From an uncultured bacterium (lineage in GTDB: Bacteria > Cyanobacteriota > Cyanobacteriia > Cyanobacteriales > CAWCAG01), in NCBI GenBank assembly GCA_964633315.1, contig CAZWGS010000011.1:6879-70878 (forward strand): a stretch of DNA of 64,000 nt, read 5' to 3'. Made by a program: the position numbers and the translations under genes. Below, one piece after another: positions 10,474-19,443 of the stretch. Under the pieces are notes generated by a model. It was not told the DNA's origin. It searched no databases and saw only the letters and a list, made by a program, of their open reading frames with translations. How positions within the stretch are numbered: position 1 is the stretch's first letter; each line of letters starts with the position of its first letter.

Positions 10474-10585
10474 AATTCCCCTCTCCGACAATAATTCCCC
10501 AATTACCTTCTCCAACAACAATTCCTCAATTCCCTTCTCCAACAACAATTCCCCTCTCCTCGTAGGAGAGGGGTTAGGGGAGAGG
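10474..10585. repeat. 27-bp tandem repeat (two full units plus partial units) ending in a GC-rich hairpin
   Basis: The units ATTCCCCAATTACCTTCTCCAACAACA (10494-10520) and ATTCCTCAATTCCCTTCTCCAACAACA (10521-10547) are followed by the hairpin CCCCTCTCC-TCGTA-GGAGAGGGG (10551-10573). On the minus strand this hairpin lies about 20 nt after the dps stop and probably acts as its terminator. Confidence 0.7.
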
Positions 10586-10595
10586 TCTTCAAAAA

Positions 10596-11063
10596 TTACA
10601 GCATACTACGTAGCATCCAAGCAGCTTTTTCATGGACACTCAGACGCTCACCAAGAAGACCTAAAGTAGACTCATCTCCAGCACTGTCAGCTACATCAAA
10701 ACCAGAACGTGCAGTGCGTATTACCGCTTCGTTTGCTTCTACTAGTAAACGTACCATTTCTTGGGCATCAGGAACACCAGGGGTTTCCTGAATACTCGTC
10801 AATGTGGCATATTCGCTGTAACTACCAGGTGCAGGATAGCCAATGGTGCGAATTCGTTCTGCAATATCATCTACTGCTACTGCAAGCTCATTGTACTGCT
10901 CCTCAAACATAACATGGAGGGCATGAAACATTGGTCCGGTAACATTCCAATGGAAATTGTGGGTTTTGAGGTAGAGGGTATAGGTATCCGCTAGTAGGCG
11001 AGAAAGTACTTCTGCAACCTCTTTAAGATTTCCCTCATCAATCCCAATATTTACAGCTTGCAT
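10596..11063 (-). CDS. dps: Dps-family DNA-protection/ferritin-like protein
   Basis: It contains LADTYTLYLKTHNFHWNVTGPMFHALHVMFEEQY, the ferroxidase-site region typical of Dps. Confidence 0.9.
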   Translation of the reverse strand: MQAVNIGIDEGNLKEVAEVLSRLLADTYTLYLKTHNFHWNVTGPMFHALHVMFEEQYNELAVAVDDIAERIRTIGYPAPGSYSEYATLTSIQETPGVPDAQEMVRLLVEANEAVIRTARSGFDVADSAGDESTLGLLGERLSVHEKAAWMLRSML

Positions 11064-11617
11064 ATAAATCTCCTAGTTGCTTGAAAGTGATTTTTGTTGG
11101 GTCAACTATTTTAACAGCAAGAAACTGCACGTTGCGCCTCTAGGATTTTAACGAGGTTAGGAGACAAAGAGAATAGAAGTAGATCAATATTTTTGGCTGT
11201 CCCATTAGAAAAAATTATTAATTACAAGTAAATGTTTAGTTAAGAATTCAAGTTTTACTTCCATTTTTTTAGATGTCAAAGCAAAGTTTGACAATTTCGA
11301 GCTAATTATTTTGCTTTTTATGATGCTTTTTGACCGTCACTTATAGGAACAAATATTGCTCATATTATCTAGTTATTGTTTTTTATATAAAACAGAAAAA
11401 ATTAGATTGCCAATCCTGAAATATCTCGTGTTGTTTGCTGTTTGACTTAATACATTTATGCCAATTAGATAAAAGTAAAGATATATTATATGTTAGGATT
11501 TTTAATCCTCGGAGCTACTAAATATTGTTATTCTAATAGTAAGTAAATCATCTCAATACTCCATCGCCACAGTAAATAAACGTTGAGTCATGAGAGTTGA
11601 TCTAGGAGCGCAGAAAA

Positions 11618-11914
11618 ATGATTAACAATTTAGCAGCAAAAGATGAGCAACAATTAATGCCAGATCCTTGGTCAGCCACTAATAATGCTGCTGCAACCGA
11701 GGATTGGCATTGGCAGTTCCCTCTCCATCTGCAGCCAGCAATAGCAGCCGCAGGAAAACCAGGAATACGGCAACTAACAACACCAAAAATTAGTACGAAA
11801 ATCAACTTACCTCAGGTATTATTAACCGATGAAATCAAACTAAAAGCGACACAGCAGCAACAACTTACACAACAGCTGCAAGAGGCTTTAACTTTGCTCT
11901 ATTGGCTCGAGTAA
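11618..11914 (+). CDS. Hypothetical Gln-rich protein
   Basis: The ORF has AGGAG about 10 nt upstream of its ATG and sits 66 nt upstream of the next same-strand gene. I recognised no family. Confidence 0.35.
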   Translation: MINNLAAKDEQQLMPDPWSATNNAAATEDWHWQFPLHLQPAIAAAGKPGIRQLTTPKISTKINLPQVLLTDEIKLKATQQQQLTQQLQEALTLLYWLE

Positions 11915-11980
11915 GACAAGGAATGAGTAATTCATCACTCATTAACCACCCCGTAAACTATCAACCATGAGGGGAACAAA

Positions 11981-12646
11981 ATGACCATAATATTTTCCCA
12001 CCGCAAACAGGCAGGACAACTTCTGGCAAAGCAACTGAAAGACTATGCTAATCGCCCCGATGTGTTAGTCTTAGCGCTACCACGCGGAGGTGTACCCGTG
12101 GCATTTGAAATCGCAGTTGCTCTTAATCTCCCCCTAGATGTATGCTTGGTACGCAAACTGGGAGTTCCTGGACAACCGGAATTGGCGATGGGAGCAATTG
12201 GTATGGGTGGGGTGGTGGTGCTAAACCAGGGAGTGGTACAGTGGCGGCATATACCTAACTCAGTCATTGAAGTGGTGAAGGCTACCGAAAATGAAGAATT
12301 GGAGAGGCGAGAGCGAACTTACAGAGGTAATCGCCCCCTACCTGATGTAGTTAATCGTACAGTAATCCTTGTAGATGATGGTGTTGCTACAGGTTCTACT
12401 CTTAGGGCTGCAATTGCAACTGTAGGCGAATGGGGAGCTGCTAAAATAGTGGTTGCAATACCAGTAGCACCTCCTTCAACTTGTCGAGAAATCAAAAGAG
12501 AAGTTGACCAATTGATTTGTCTGGAAACTCCCCAATTATTTTACTCAATTAGCCTTTGGTATCAAGATTTTACTCAAACTAGCGATACTCAAGTATGTGA
12601 TTTGTTAGCCCAAGCAAACAAAGAAATTACCACTACTTCTGGATAG
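11981..12646 (+). CDS. Phosphoribosyltransferase-family protein
   Basis: It has the PRPP-binding loop VILVDDGVATGSTLRAAI and an N-terminal LALPRGGVPVA motif. Confidence 0.8.
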   Translation: MTIIFSHRKQAGQLLAKQLKDYANRPDVLVLALPRGGVPVAFEIAVALNLPLDVCLVRKLGVPGQPELAMGAIGMGGVVVLNQGVVQWRHIPNSVIEVVKATENEELERRERTYRGNRPLPDVVNRTVILVDDGVATGSTLRAAIATVGEWGAAKIVVAIPVAPPSTCREIKREVDQLICLETPQLFYSISLWYQDFTQTSDTQVCDLLAQANKEITTTSG

Positions 12647-12656
12647 CAAGCTGTAG

Positions 12657-12827
12657 TTAAAACTCACTTTTATTGAATTGGCGCACTTTGCCACCGTGAA
12701 TTTGTGCCATCGCCTCCGCCATTTGTTGCGATGGATATTTTTTAGCTCGTTCTAACCCGGGCTGAAATTGACCGGAAAGGTTCAAATAATGGGTAAATAA
12801 GCCAACTTGTTTGTAAATAATCCACAT
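12657..12827 (-). CDS. Hypothetical small protein (56 aa; below the ORF-track cutoff)
   Basis: Manual translation gives MWIIYKQVGLFTHYLNLSGQFQPGLERAKKYPSQQMAEAMAQIHGGKVRQFNKSEF. A GGAGAAAGGAAAG sequence lies immediately upstream of the ATG. Confidence 0.35.
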   Translation of the reverse strand: MWIIYKQVGLFTHYLNLSGQFQPGLERAKKYPSQQMAEAMAQIHGGKVRQFNKSEF

Positions 12828-13010
12828 CTTTCCTTTCTCCTTCCAATCTGATTGCTTTCAGATTCTTTTTACTGCAAATTTACATTTACTCATCTGTTTT
12901 TCAGGTATATCTTAAGCAAACTTCAGTTCTTCATTAGCATTCACTCAGAATTGTGGTGGATTATAAATCGTGTAAAGCAAATTTAACTAAATCGTTTAGG
13001 ACTTGGAATC

Positions 13011-13478
13011 ATGAACTTGAATCGCTTGAGTGCTGGTATCTTTACCTCTGTTATCGTTTTAGGTAGTTTAGGTGTCGTTGCTGTTAATCCTCATAGCGTC
13101 AATGCCCAAGCAATCAATAATACTAGACAAGAATTAGCGAGAAAAGAAGTTATTGCTTCAGGTAGTTTTGTTACAGTAGATAGAGGTCATCCTACTTCTG
13201 GAAATGCCCGCATTGTTACTGAAAATGGGCAACGTTACCTAGAGTTCGACCAACGATTCAAAACAGTGGGTGGACCTGATGTTCGAGTAATTTTATCTCG
13301 TACTCAAGTAGTACCAGTTAATGTTAATCAGCAAGACTATATTACCCTTGCCCCTCTCCAAAGCGTTAATGGCACTCAACGTTACGCCATTCCCGCCAAT
13401 GTTAATCTTGACGAATTTCCCTCTGTGGCAATTTGGTGTCGCCAATTTAATGTTACCTTCGGTTACGCGGCTTTTTAA
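13011..13478 (+). CDS. Secreted DM13-domain protein
   Basis: It has a signal peptide, then GSFVTVDRGHPTSGNARIV...YLEFDQRFKTVGGPDVRVILS, which fits the DM13 pattern. Confidence 0.7.
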   Translation: MNLNRLSAGIFTSVIVLGSLGVVAVNPHSVNAQAINNTRQELARKEVIASGSFVTVDRGHPTSGNARIVTENGQRYLEFDQRFKTVGGPDVRVILSRTQVVPVNVNQQDYITLAPLQSVNGTQRYAIPANVNLDEFPSVAIWCRQFNVTFGYAAF

Positions 13479-13554
13479 GATTGGAATAAATCTATTGTCG
13501 AAAGCGGCGGGTAGTTACTGAGTACATCCTCGGAATAAATTGACTTCTCGCTGC

Positions 13555-13600
13555 TTTGTTATTTGTTATTTGTTATTTGTTATTTGTTATTTGTATTTTG
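13555..13600. repeat. Heptanucleotide tandem repeat (TTTGTTA) with 5 perfect units plus degenerate units
   Basis: Read directly: TTTGTTA at 13555, 13562, 13569, 13576 and 13583, then TTTGTA TTTTGTG. It lies between two convergent genes. Confidence 0.9.
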
Positions 13601-13629
13601 TGTGCAAATAACTGTTATAATCGCCTGTC

Positions 13630-14835
13630 TCAGCTTTTTCCAGGCGGTACAAGACCACGTTGTACTAAAGCATTATCTATATCTTTAAGTAAGGCAAAAT
13701 CTACTTCTGGCAAAGAGGAAGTTAGGGAAACAGATTGCTGCAAAAACGAGAAAGCTTGTCGGAATTGCTCTCTATCGGCTTCAATAGGTGAATTAAAGTG
13801 GCAAGGAATAATGCGTCCAAAATCCCATTTAGCAACCTTTTCTACCCAATTTAGAGTTGCTTGAGGCGCGCGATTGAGAATCAGGGTTTGCAGAATTGGT
13901 GCGACAAATAAACGCCCCCCACCATGGAGTGTCGCAAAAGATTGTTCCCAACTATCTTGCCAGCGAAAAGGAAATAAACCGAAATAGTTTCTACGAGAAT
14001 GATTTGGCGCTTTAAAGGCATCTCGTATTGATGGGACTAAAGGAGTTGTTTCTAGGGTACTGGGGCGAAAATAGAAGGCAAATAGAGAGATACGCTGCCA
14101 TCCCTTGCGGCGATTTGCTTGGTTATCCACAATAGAATCCCAGGGATAATCTTTGGCATGGAAGAGAAGGGGAAAAGGATCAAGTTGTACAATCGCTGGT
14201 GGCGTTTCGGGTATGGAAACTATCGTATCGGTAACTAGGAGGGTACGCGATTGGCGATGATAGAAAGCAACTTCCCCAAATTTGCCTAAATTTAGGTCTA
14301 TGGTACTGAGTATGGCATAGTCAAACTCCTGGGCAAAGGGGGTTTGGGTGCTGTCTTCAGGTAGGATGTGGGTTCGGTTTAGTGGATAACCTAGCCAACT
14401 GAGGGGTAAATTTAATGGGTAACTCCATTGGTTAGGAGCTACGAAAACCTGAGCCTGAGGGAATTTTCGGGCAAAGGGACCAACAAAAACTTTGTGCTCA
14501 ATGCCGGAAATTGTGGGCAAAATAATATACTTAACATCGCCGTATTTTGCCACTAATTCCTGAACTAATCTGATACATTCTGGAGTTGGTGCAACTGGCG
14601 CGTATACTAAAAGTCCCCCTTCTTGGAGTCTAATGACACTCATGCGAATGGGAACAACAACATAGAAAATGCCCTGCAGTTGGTCAAAAGTCCAGATGGT
14701 ATCTTTGACAACTTCGGTTCTAATTGTGCGCCGTTTGCTGTAAGGGTAGATTGGCACAGTAAACCAAAATTTCCACGACCAATCTTTTGTCTTCTCTGTT
14801 GTGTATTTGTTCATGGTGGTTTGCCCTTCCTCCAC
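13630..14835 (-). CDS. DUF4336-like protein
   Basis: It contains TIWTFDQLQGIFYVVVPIRMSVIRL..GGLLVYAPVAPT.EC, as in cyanobacterial/plant DUF4336 proteins. The start may be the internal MNKYT (14814). Confidence 0.7.
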   Translation of the reverse strand: MEEGQTTMNKYTTEKTKDWSWKFWFTVPIYPYSKRRTIRTEVVKDTIWTFDQLQGIFYVVVPIRMSVIRLQEGGLLVYAPVAPTPECIRLVQELVAKYGDVKYIILPTISGIEHKVFVGPFARKFPQAQVFVAPNQWSYPLNLPLSWLGYPLNRTHILPEDSTQTPFAQEFDYAILSTIDLNLGKFGEVAFYHRQSRTLLVTDTIVSIPETPPAIVQLDPFPLLFHAKDYPWDSIVDNQANRRKGWQRISLFAFYFRPSTLETTPLVPSIRDAFKAPNHSRRNYFGLFPFRWQDSWEQSFATLHGGGRLFVAPILQTLILNRAPQATLNWVEKVAKWDFGRIIPCHFNSPIEADREQFRQAFSFLQQSVSLTSSLPEVDFALLKDIDNALVQRGLVPPGKS

Positions 14836-14991
14836 GAATCCTCCCCAATCACCAATGCTTAGCTATTTTAGTTAATCGTTAAATGTGGGAGTTATGCAAG
14901 TCCTTATCTAGTTTATTTGTACTAAATAAGTCAAAATATAGTTAAGGAAAATCCTTTTGCTGCTAACCCTAACGGATGCCTCGCAAAAGCT

Positions 14992-17235
14992 ATGTCTTAT
15001 GAACCTCTGCATCATAAATACCGTCCCCAAACTTTTTCTGAGTTGGTGGGACAAGATGCGATCGCAACTACTCTTACTAATGCTTTAACCAGTGGAAGAA
15101 TTGCCCCTGCATACCTTTTTACAGGACCTAGAGGTACGGGTAAAACTTCTTCTGCTCGTATTTTAGCGAAATCTCTCAACTGCTTGTCAACTAGCCAACC
15201 AACGCCAATTCCTTGCGGTAAATGTGATGTTTGTCAAGGCATTGTCAAGGGTTCTAGCTTAGATGTGATTGAAATTGACGCGGCGAGTAATACCGGAGTT
15301 GATAATATCCGCGAAATTATTGAACGTTCCCAATTTGCACCTGTACAGTGTCGCCATAAACTGTACCTCATTGACGAGGTGCATATGCTTAGTGTGGCAG
15401 CGTTTAATGCCTTACTTAAAACTTTAGAAGAACCACCACCGAGAGTGGTTTTTGTCCTCGCTACCACTGATCCTCAAAGGGTATTACCTACGATTATCTC
15501 TCGTTGTCAGAGGTTTGACTTTCGGCGTATTCCTTTGCAGTCAATGGTAATTCACCTGGAAAAAATTGCTGACCAAGAAGGGATTAAAATTGATTCAGAA
15601 GCACTAACTTTGGTGGCGCAAATTGCCAATGGTGGATTGCGTGATGCTGAAAGTTTACTGGATCAATTAAGTCTTTTGCCCACTACCATTACTATTGAAG
15701 CAGTTTGGAACTTGGTGGGTGCGGTTCCGGAACAGGATTTACTCAAGCTTTTGCAAGGGATTCGCAGTGGAGATGCGCCAGCGATAATTCGCCACTGTCG
15801 CCATCTGATGAATCGCGGTAGGGAACCTTTAATTGTGCTGCAAAATCTCGCTGGTTTTTATCTCAATTTGCTACTTGCCAAAACTGCCCCCCAAAGTCCA
15901 GAGTTAGTTGCAGTAACCTCTTCTACTTGGCAACAGTTATGCGATGAAGCGAAACATTGGGATGGGCAAAAAATTTTGCAGGGACAGCAGCATTTAAAGC
16001 AAAGTGAGCAGCAAATTAAAAGTAGCACTCAACCGCGTCTGTGGCTAGAAGTAGTGCTGTTGGGTTTACTTCCTGGCGCGATTACTCCTACTTCTAGTAG
16101 TGATTACTCACCAGAATTGAAATTAAACACTAGTATTAAATCTCAGGTATTTTCTCAGAAATCCTTATCAGAACAAAAGCAGCAGGTGCAGATTGAGTCA
16201 CCAGCGCCAGTAAAAAAGGTGGAAAATACTGGTAATCAACCAACTGCAATATCTGCTGTAGAATCGGATATTTCTGCTTTTAAATCTACAATTGAATCTG
16301 TTGTAGAACCAGACAAATCTAAACCTCAACCTACGGTAGAATCGGAAAATATTGCACCTCAAACTAACGTTGAATCTGTTGTAGAATCAGAAATTTCTAC
16401 TACTAACTCTACTGCGCAGCAAGAAACTCCAGCAACACCAAAAATTCCCCTCGAAAAAATTTGGCAACAGGTATCAGATAATGTGCAATCTACAATGACA
16501 AAACAGTTACTAGAGAACTCTTGCCAACTATTAGATTTTGCTGACAATGGTGCTCTTGTTGGAGTAAAAAGTCAAGGTGTCTTACGTCTCGTAAAAGAGC
16601 GCAAAGCTAATATTGAAGAAGCTTTTCAGTTAGTTTGTGGTCATAAAGTTAGCGTTACTTTACAGGTTGGCACAAAACTACCAGAATCAAAAACAGAAGT
16701 TGAGCAAAAAATAGCGCAACCTAAACCAGCAATAAAACCTGAAGTATCTCCTCAAATTGCACCACAATCTGAATCAGCAAAAAAAACAGAAGTATCTCCT
16801 TTAATTGCACTACAAACTGAACCGACAGCTAAAGCTGAACAATTTCCCGTAATTGCACCACAATCTGAACCAAAAAAACAATCTGAACCACCGCAACCAG
16901 AACCATTAGCAAAATCTCCTCCAGTTCCAATTCAAACTAGAGAAGAAGAACCAGAAGAGACTGATGCCGAATCCACAATTACGGTAGTAGAAACTCCTAG
17001 ATTAGAGGTGGAAGAAGTAGAGGAAAATGAGGAAGAATTTAGTGCTGCGGTACAAACTTTAACTGATGAGTTTAATGGGACAATAATTGACCTTGATCTG
17101 AAATTAGATAATAGCTATAGTCCCGTTTTCCAACCAGAGCCACAATCGAATCTTCCTGATGTGGAAGAAGAATTACAAGCACAGTTACTTGCTTCCTCAC
17201 CAGAAGAAGAGTTAGAAGATGATATGCCCTTTTAA
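14992..17235 (+). CDS. dnaX: DNA polymerase III subunit gamma/tau
   Basis: It has Walker A GPRGTGKTS, a zinc module CGKCDVCQ, the DEVHML box and SRCQRF. A long low-complexity Pro/Glu/Gln-rich tail follows. Confidence 0.95.
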   Translation: MSYEPLHHKYRPQTFSELVGQDAIATTLTNALTSGRIAPAYLFTGPRGTGKTSSARILAKSLNCLSTSQPTPIPCGKCDVCQGIVKGSSLDVIEIDAASNTGVDNIREIIERSQFAPVQCRHKLYLIDEVHMLSVAAFNALLKTLEEPPPRVVFVLATTDPQRVLPTIISRCQRFDFRRIPLQSMVIHLEKIADQEGIKIDSEALTLVAQIANGGLRDAESLLDQLSLLPTTITIEAVWNLVGAVPEQDLLKLLQGIRSGDAPAIIRHCRHLMNRGREPLIVLQNLAGFYLNLLLAKTAPQSPELVAVTSSTWQQLCDEAKHWDGQKILQGQQHLKQSEQQIKSSTQPRLWLEVVLLGLLPGAITPTSSSDYSPELKLNTSIKSQVFSQKSLSEQKQQVQIESPAPVKKVENTGNQPTAISAVESDISAFKSTIESVVEPDKSKPQPTVESENIAPQTNVESVVESEISTTNSTAQQETPATPKIPLEKIWQQVSDNVQSTMTKQLLENSCQLLDFADNGALVGVKSQGVLRLVKERKANIEEAFQLVCGHKVSVTLQVGTKLPESKTEVEQKIAQPKPAIKPEVSPQIAPQSESAKKTEVSPLIALQTEPTAKAEQFPVIAPQSEPKKQSEPPQPEPLAKSPPVPIQTREEEPEETDAESTITVVETPRLEVEEVEENEEEFSAAVQTLTDEFNGTIIDLDLKLDNSYSPVFQPEPQSNLPDVEEELQAQLLASSPEEELEDDMPF

Positions 17236-17242
17236 TTTATTA

Positions 17243-18082
17243 TTACTGCCAACCAAAATCTCGACCAAGAAATTTATACAATTGTTCGTTGTAAGGGCGA
17301 AAATAATTACTTAGCTTCTCTCGCATTGACCCAGACATTCTGTCCTCATATTTACCTCTGTTATGTGCCATTTCATGCTGAATTTCACAAGGAGGAATCT
17401 CCAGAAATTGAAATACTTCTTTCATTGTTAAAGGAACATCAGCAAAAAGATCCTCACTTTTGAGAATCAAAATTTGTTCTTTTGGAAATAAGCGATACAT
17501 TTCCTGAACTTGCTCAATATATCTTCCTCTAGCTAAATAGGAATACCGAGTGTAGTGATATTTTTTAAAATTTTCATCTAACAACATTTTCTCTCGTATA
17601 CCTCCGATACGAGCTGGTTCTTTAGCAATCGCCTCGTCAAAAGATAAATCCTCTTTACCTTTCCTTGTTATTTGTTGGTAATGAGAATAAGCTCGATCCA
17701 CTGGATCTCTTAGCAGCGCAATTAGCTTCACTGAAGGCAGAGTCTCAGCAATTCTACGTAAAGCATAGGGGTGAAAAATATAGAAAGGGCTCGCTTCAAA
17801 ATTCAGCAGTTCAGATTTATCTATACCTCTGCGCAAAGATTGATTCAGAGGAAATTGACGACTGTACCAAAGTAAACCTTTTTTGAAATTAACATCAAAA
17901 AAGTGAACTTCTTTATCAAAAGAAGCCACCATCTGAGGATGTTGTTCCAAATAACGAAATAAAGAGGTTGTACCTCCTTTCATGACACCCACAATAATTA
18001 CCTTGGGCAGACTATCTAAAAAAAGCTGCTTAACTCCCTGCTGTTTTTTCTGCGCTGAATTTACCATATTTGTCAATGCCAC
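17243..18082 (-). CDS. Sulfotransferase-family protein
   Basis: It has a PAPS-binding 5'-PSB-like loop VGVMKGGTTSL and a 3'-PB region LLRDPVDRAYSHY. Confidence 0.75.
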   Translation of the reverse strand: MALTNMVNSAQKKQQGVKQLFLDSLPKVIIVGVMKGGTTSLFRYLEQHPQMVASFDKEVHFFDVNFKKGLLWYSRQFPLNQSLRRGIDKSELLNFEASPFYIFHPYALRRIAETLPSVKLIALLRDPVDRAYSHYQQITRKGKEDLSFDEAIAKEPARIGGIREKMLLDENFKKYHYTRYSYLARGRYIEQVQEMYRLFPKEQILILKSEDLFADVPLTMKEVFQFLEIPPCEIQHEMAHNRGKYEDRMSGSMREKLSNYFRPYNEQLYKFLGRDFGWQ

Positions 18083-18208
18083 AATAACTTTACAGCCTTA
18101 AACAAGGATGCACTCATAGTTCCCAAAAACTTAATTTAATTAACATTACTAGCAAAATAAAACTTGCTAATATCTCAAAAATGAGATGTTTAAGAACCTA
18201 AGCAATAG

Positions 18209-19060
18209 CTATATTTTACTAGTTTCTGGTTGGCGAAATCTATACACATCTCTCAGTACTTTCACCCAACTTTTAGCCACTGATTCCAACAAGCGATCGC
18301 CTTTTTCTCTTGTTGCTTGGGTAGCATCTCCCATAACTCCACTTCGAGTTAATTCCTCGGTTAACCAAGCAAAGGGCAATTTACCCTCCATACTTAGGAA
18401 ACTATCCTCTGGTAAACCCTGGGGAAACTCACACACAGCCCTTTCCATTTTGACTTGTTCTGGAAGTAAAGAGAGCATCATACTAGTTTCGATATCTCCC
18501 GCATGAATGCCATATTCTAGCTCTTTTGGGCTAAACATTTCGCGGGCAATGTGGGGAACTCGCCAAACAAATAGGGGAAACACTGAAAAATCAAGATATT
18601 TTTGATGAATATCCCGTGCGGCAATTTCCATAATTTGAGGTTGTCCGCCATGGGAATTTAGGAGTATTAATTTACGAAAACCAGAACGATACAAACTATC
18701 GGCAACTTCCATAAGCACATTTAAAAGTGTCGTTGCACTGAGGGTAATTGTGCCTGGAAAGTGACAATGTTCATTCGATTTTCCATAGTATAAAGCAGGT
18801 AAACAGTAGGCAGGTACTTCTGCTTCTAATGTTGCTAAAGCTTTGCCAATTACTCCCATACCAATCGCCCCATCCACAATAATTGGTAAATGAGAACCAT
18901 GTTGTTCCACAGCACCCACAGGCTGAATAATCACGGTATTTTCCTTATCAGGCATTTCTTGAATATCTGTCCAGGAAAGATAGGCAAAAAATCGTTCTGG
19001 GGGAATAAAACCGTGCATCATAATGTTTTCAAATTCAAAGACAAATCTATCTTTAGGCAA
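18209..19060 (-). CDS. Creatininase (creatinine amidohydrolase)-family protein
   Basis: It has the motifs PVGAVEQHGSHLP and NSHGGQ. Confidence 0.8.
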   Translation of the reverse strand: MPKDRFVFEFENIMMHGFIPPERFFAYLSWTDIQEMPDKENTVIIQPVGAVEQHGSHLPIIVDGAIGMGVIGKALATLEAEVPAYCLPALYYGKSNEHCHFPGTITLSATTLLNVLMEVADSLYRSGFRKLILLNSHGGQPQIMEIAARDIHQKYLDFSVFPLFVWRVPHIAREMFSPKELEYGIHAGDIETSMMLSLLPEQVKMERAVCEFPQGLPEDSFLSMEGKLPFAWLTEELTRSGVMGDATQATREKGDRLLESVAKSWVKVLRDVYRFRQPETSKI

Positions 19061-19443
19061 CTAGCTTAAGTGAACACGGTAGCATACCCAATCACCTTTT
19101 CAAAGGCTACTCATCATACTAAATCCTGCTTATGTGAGTAGCCTGATACACAAAACCTCAAACCCTCCCCCCCAACTCCCCATCACCCTACAAGCTAAAA
19201 AGCTACTATCACAAACGGATTTGGTATCAATAGTATCTAAGTGCTACTCCCTACCTGGTGTCAGACAGCCTATTTTCTTGAGCTGATTGCTGGCTTATTC
19301 TTCTAGCGAAAAGGGACTAACTACTCGCTGCTGCGGAACTTTTTGCGGAGGAATTCTAGTTAAATCGGACTTGGTATTAGTTTTCACTGACCCTTGGTAA
19401 GGATGTTTATGATATATAAAGTAATAATTCTTTAAAAATATTT

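Noticed and set aside
10415-10669. 84-aa ORF with the PITFSNNNS repeat and LVGEGLGERS
   Set aside because: It is a translation of the 27-bp tandem repeat and the GGGGAGAGG hairpin, and it overlaps the dps 3' end.
11064-11617. Possible Fur/PerR operator in the long AT-rich region upstream of dps
   Set aside because: AT-rich stretches such as AAATTATTAATTACAA are present. I could not identify a convincing inverted-repeat box by eye, and the composition alone would generate similar strings.
13556-13864. 102-aa ORF beginning MLFVICYLLFVIC
   Set aside because: Its N-terminus is the translated heptamer repeat. The remainder is antisense to the DUF4336 gene.
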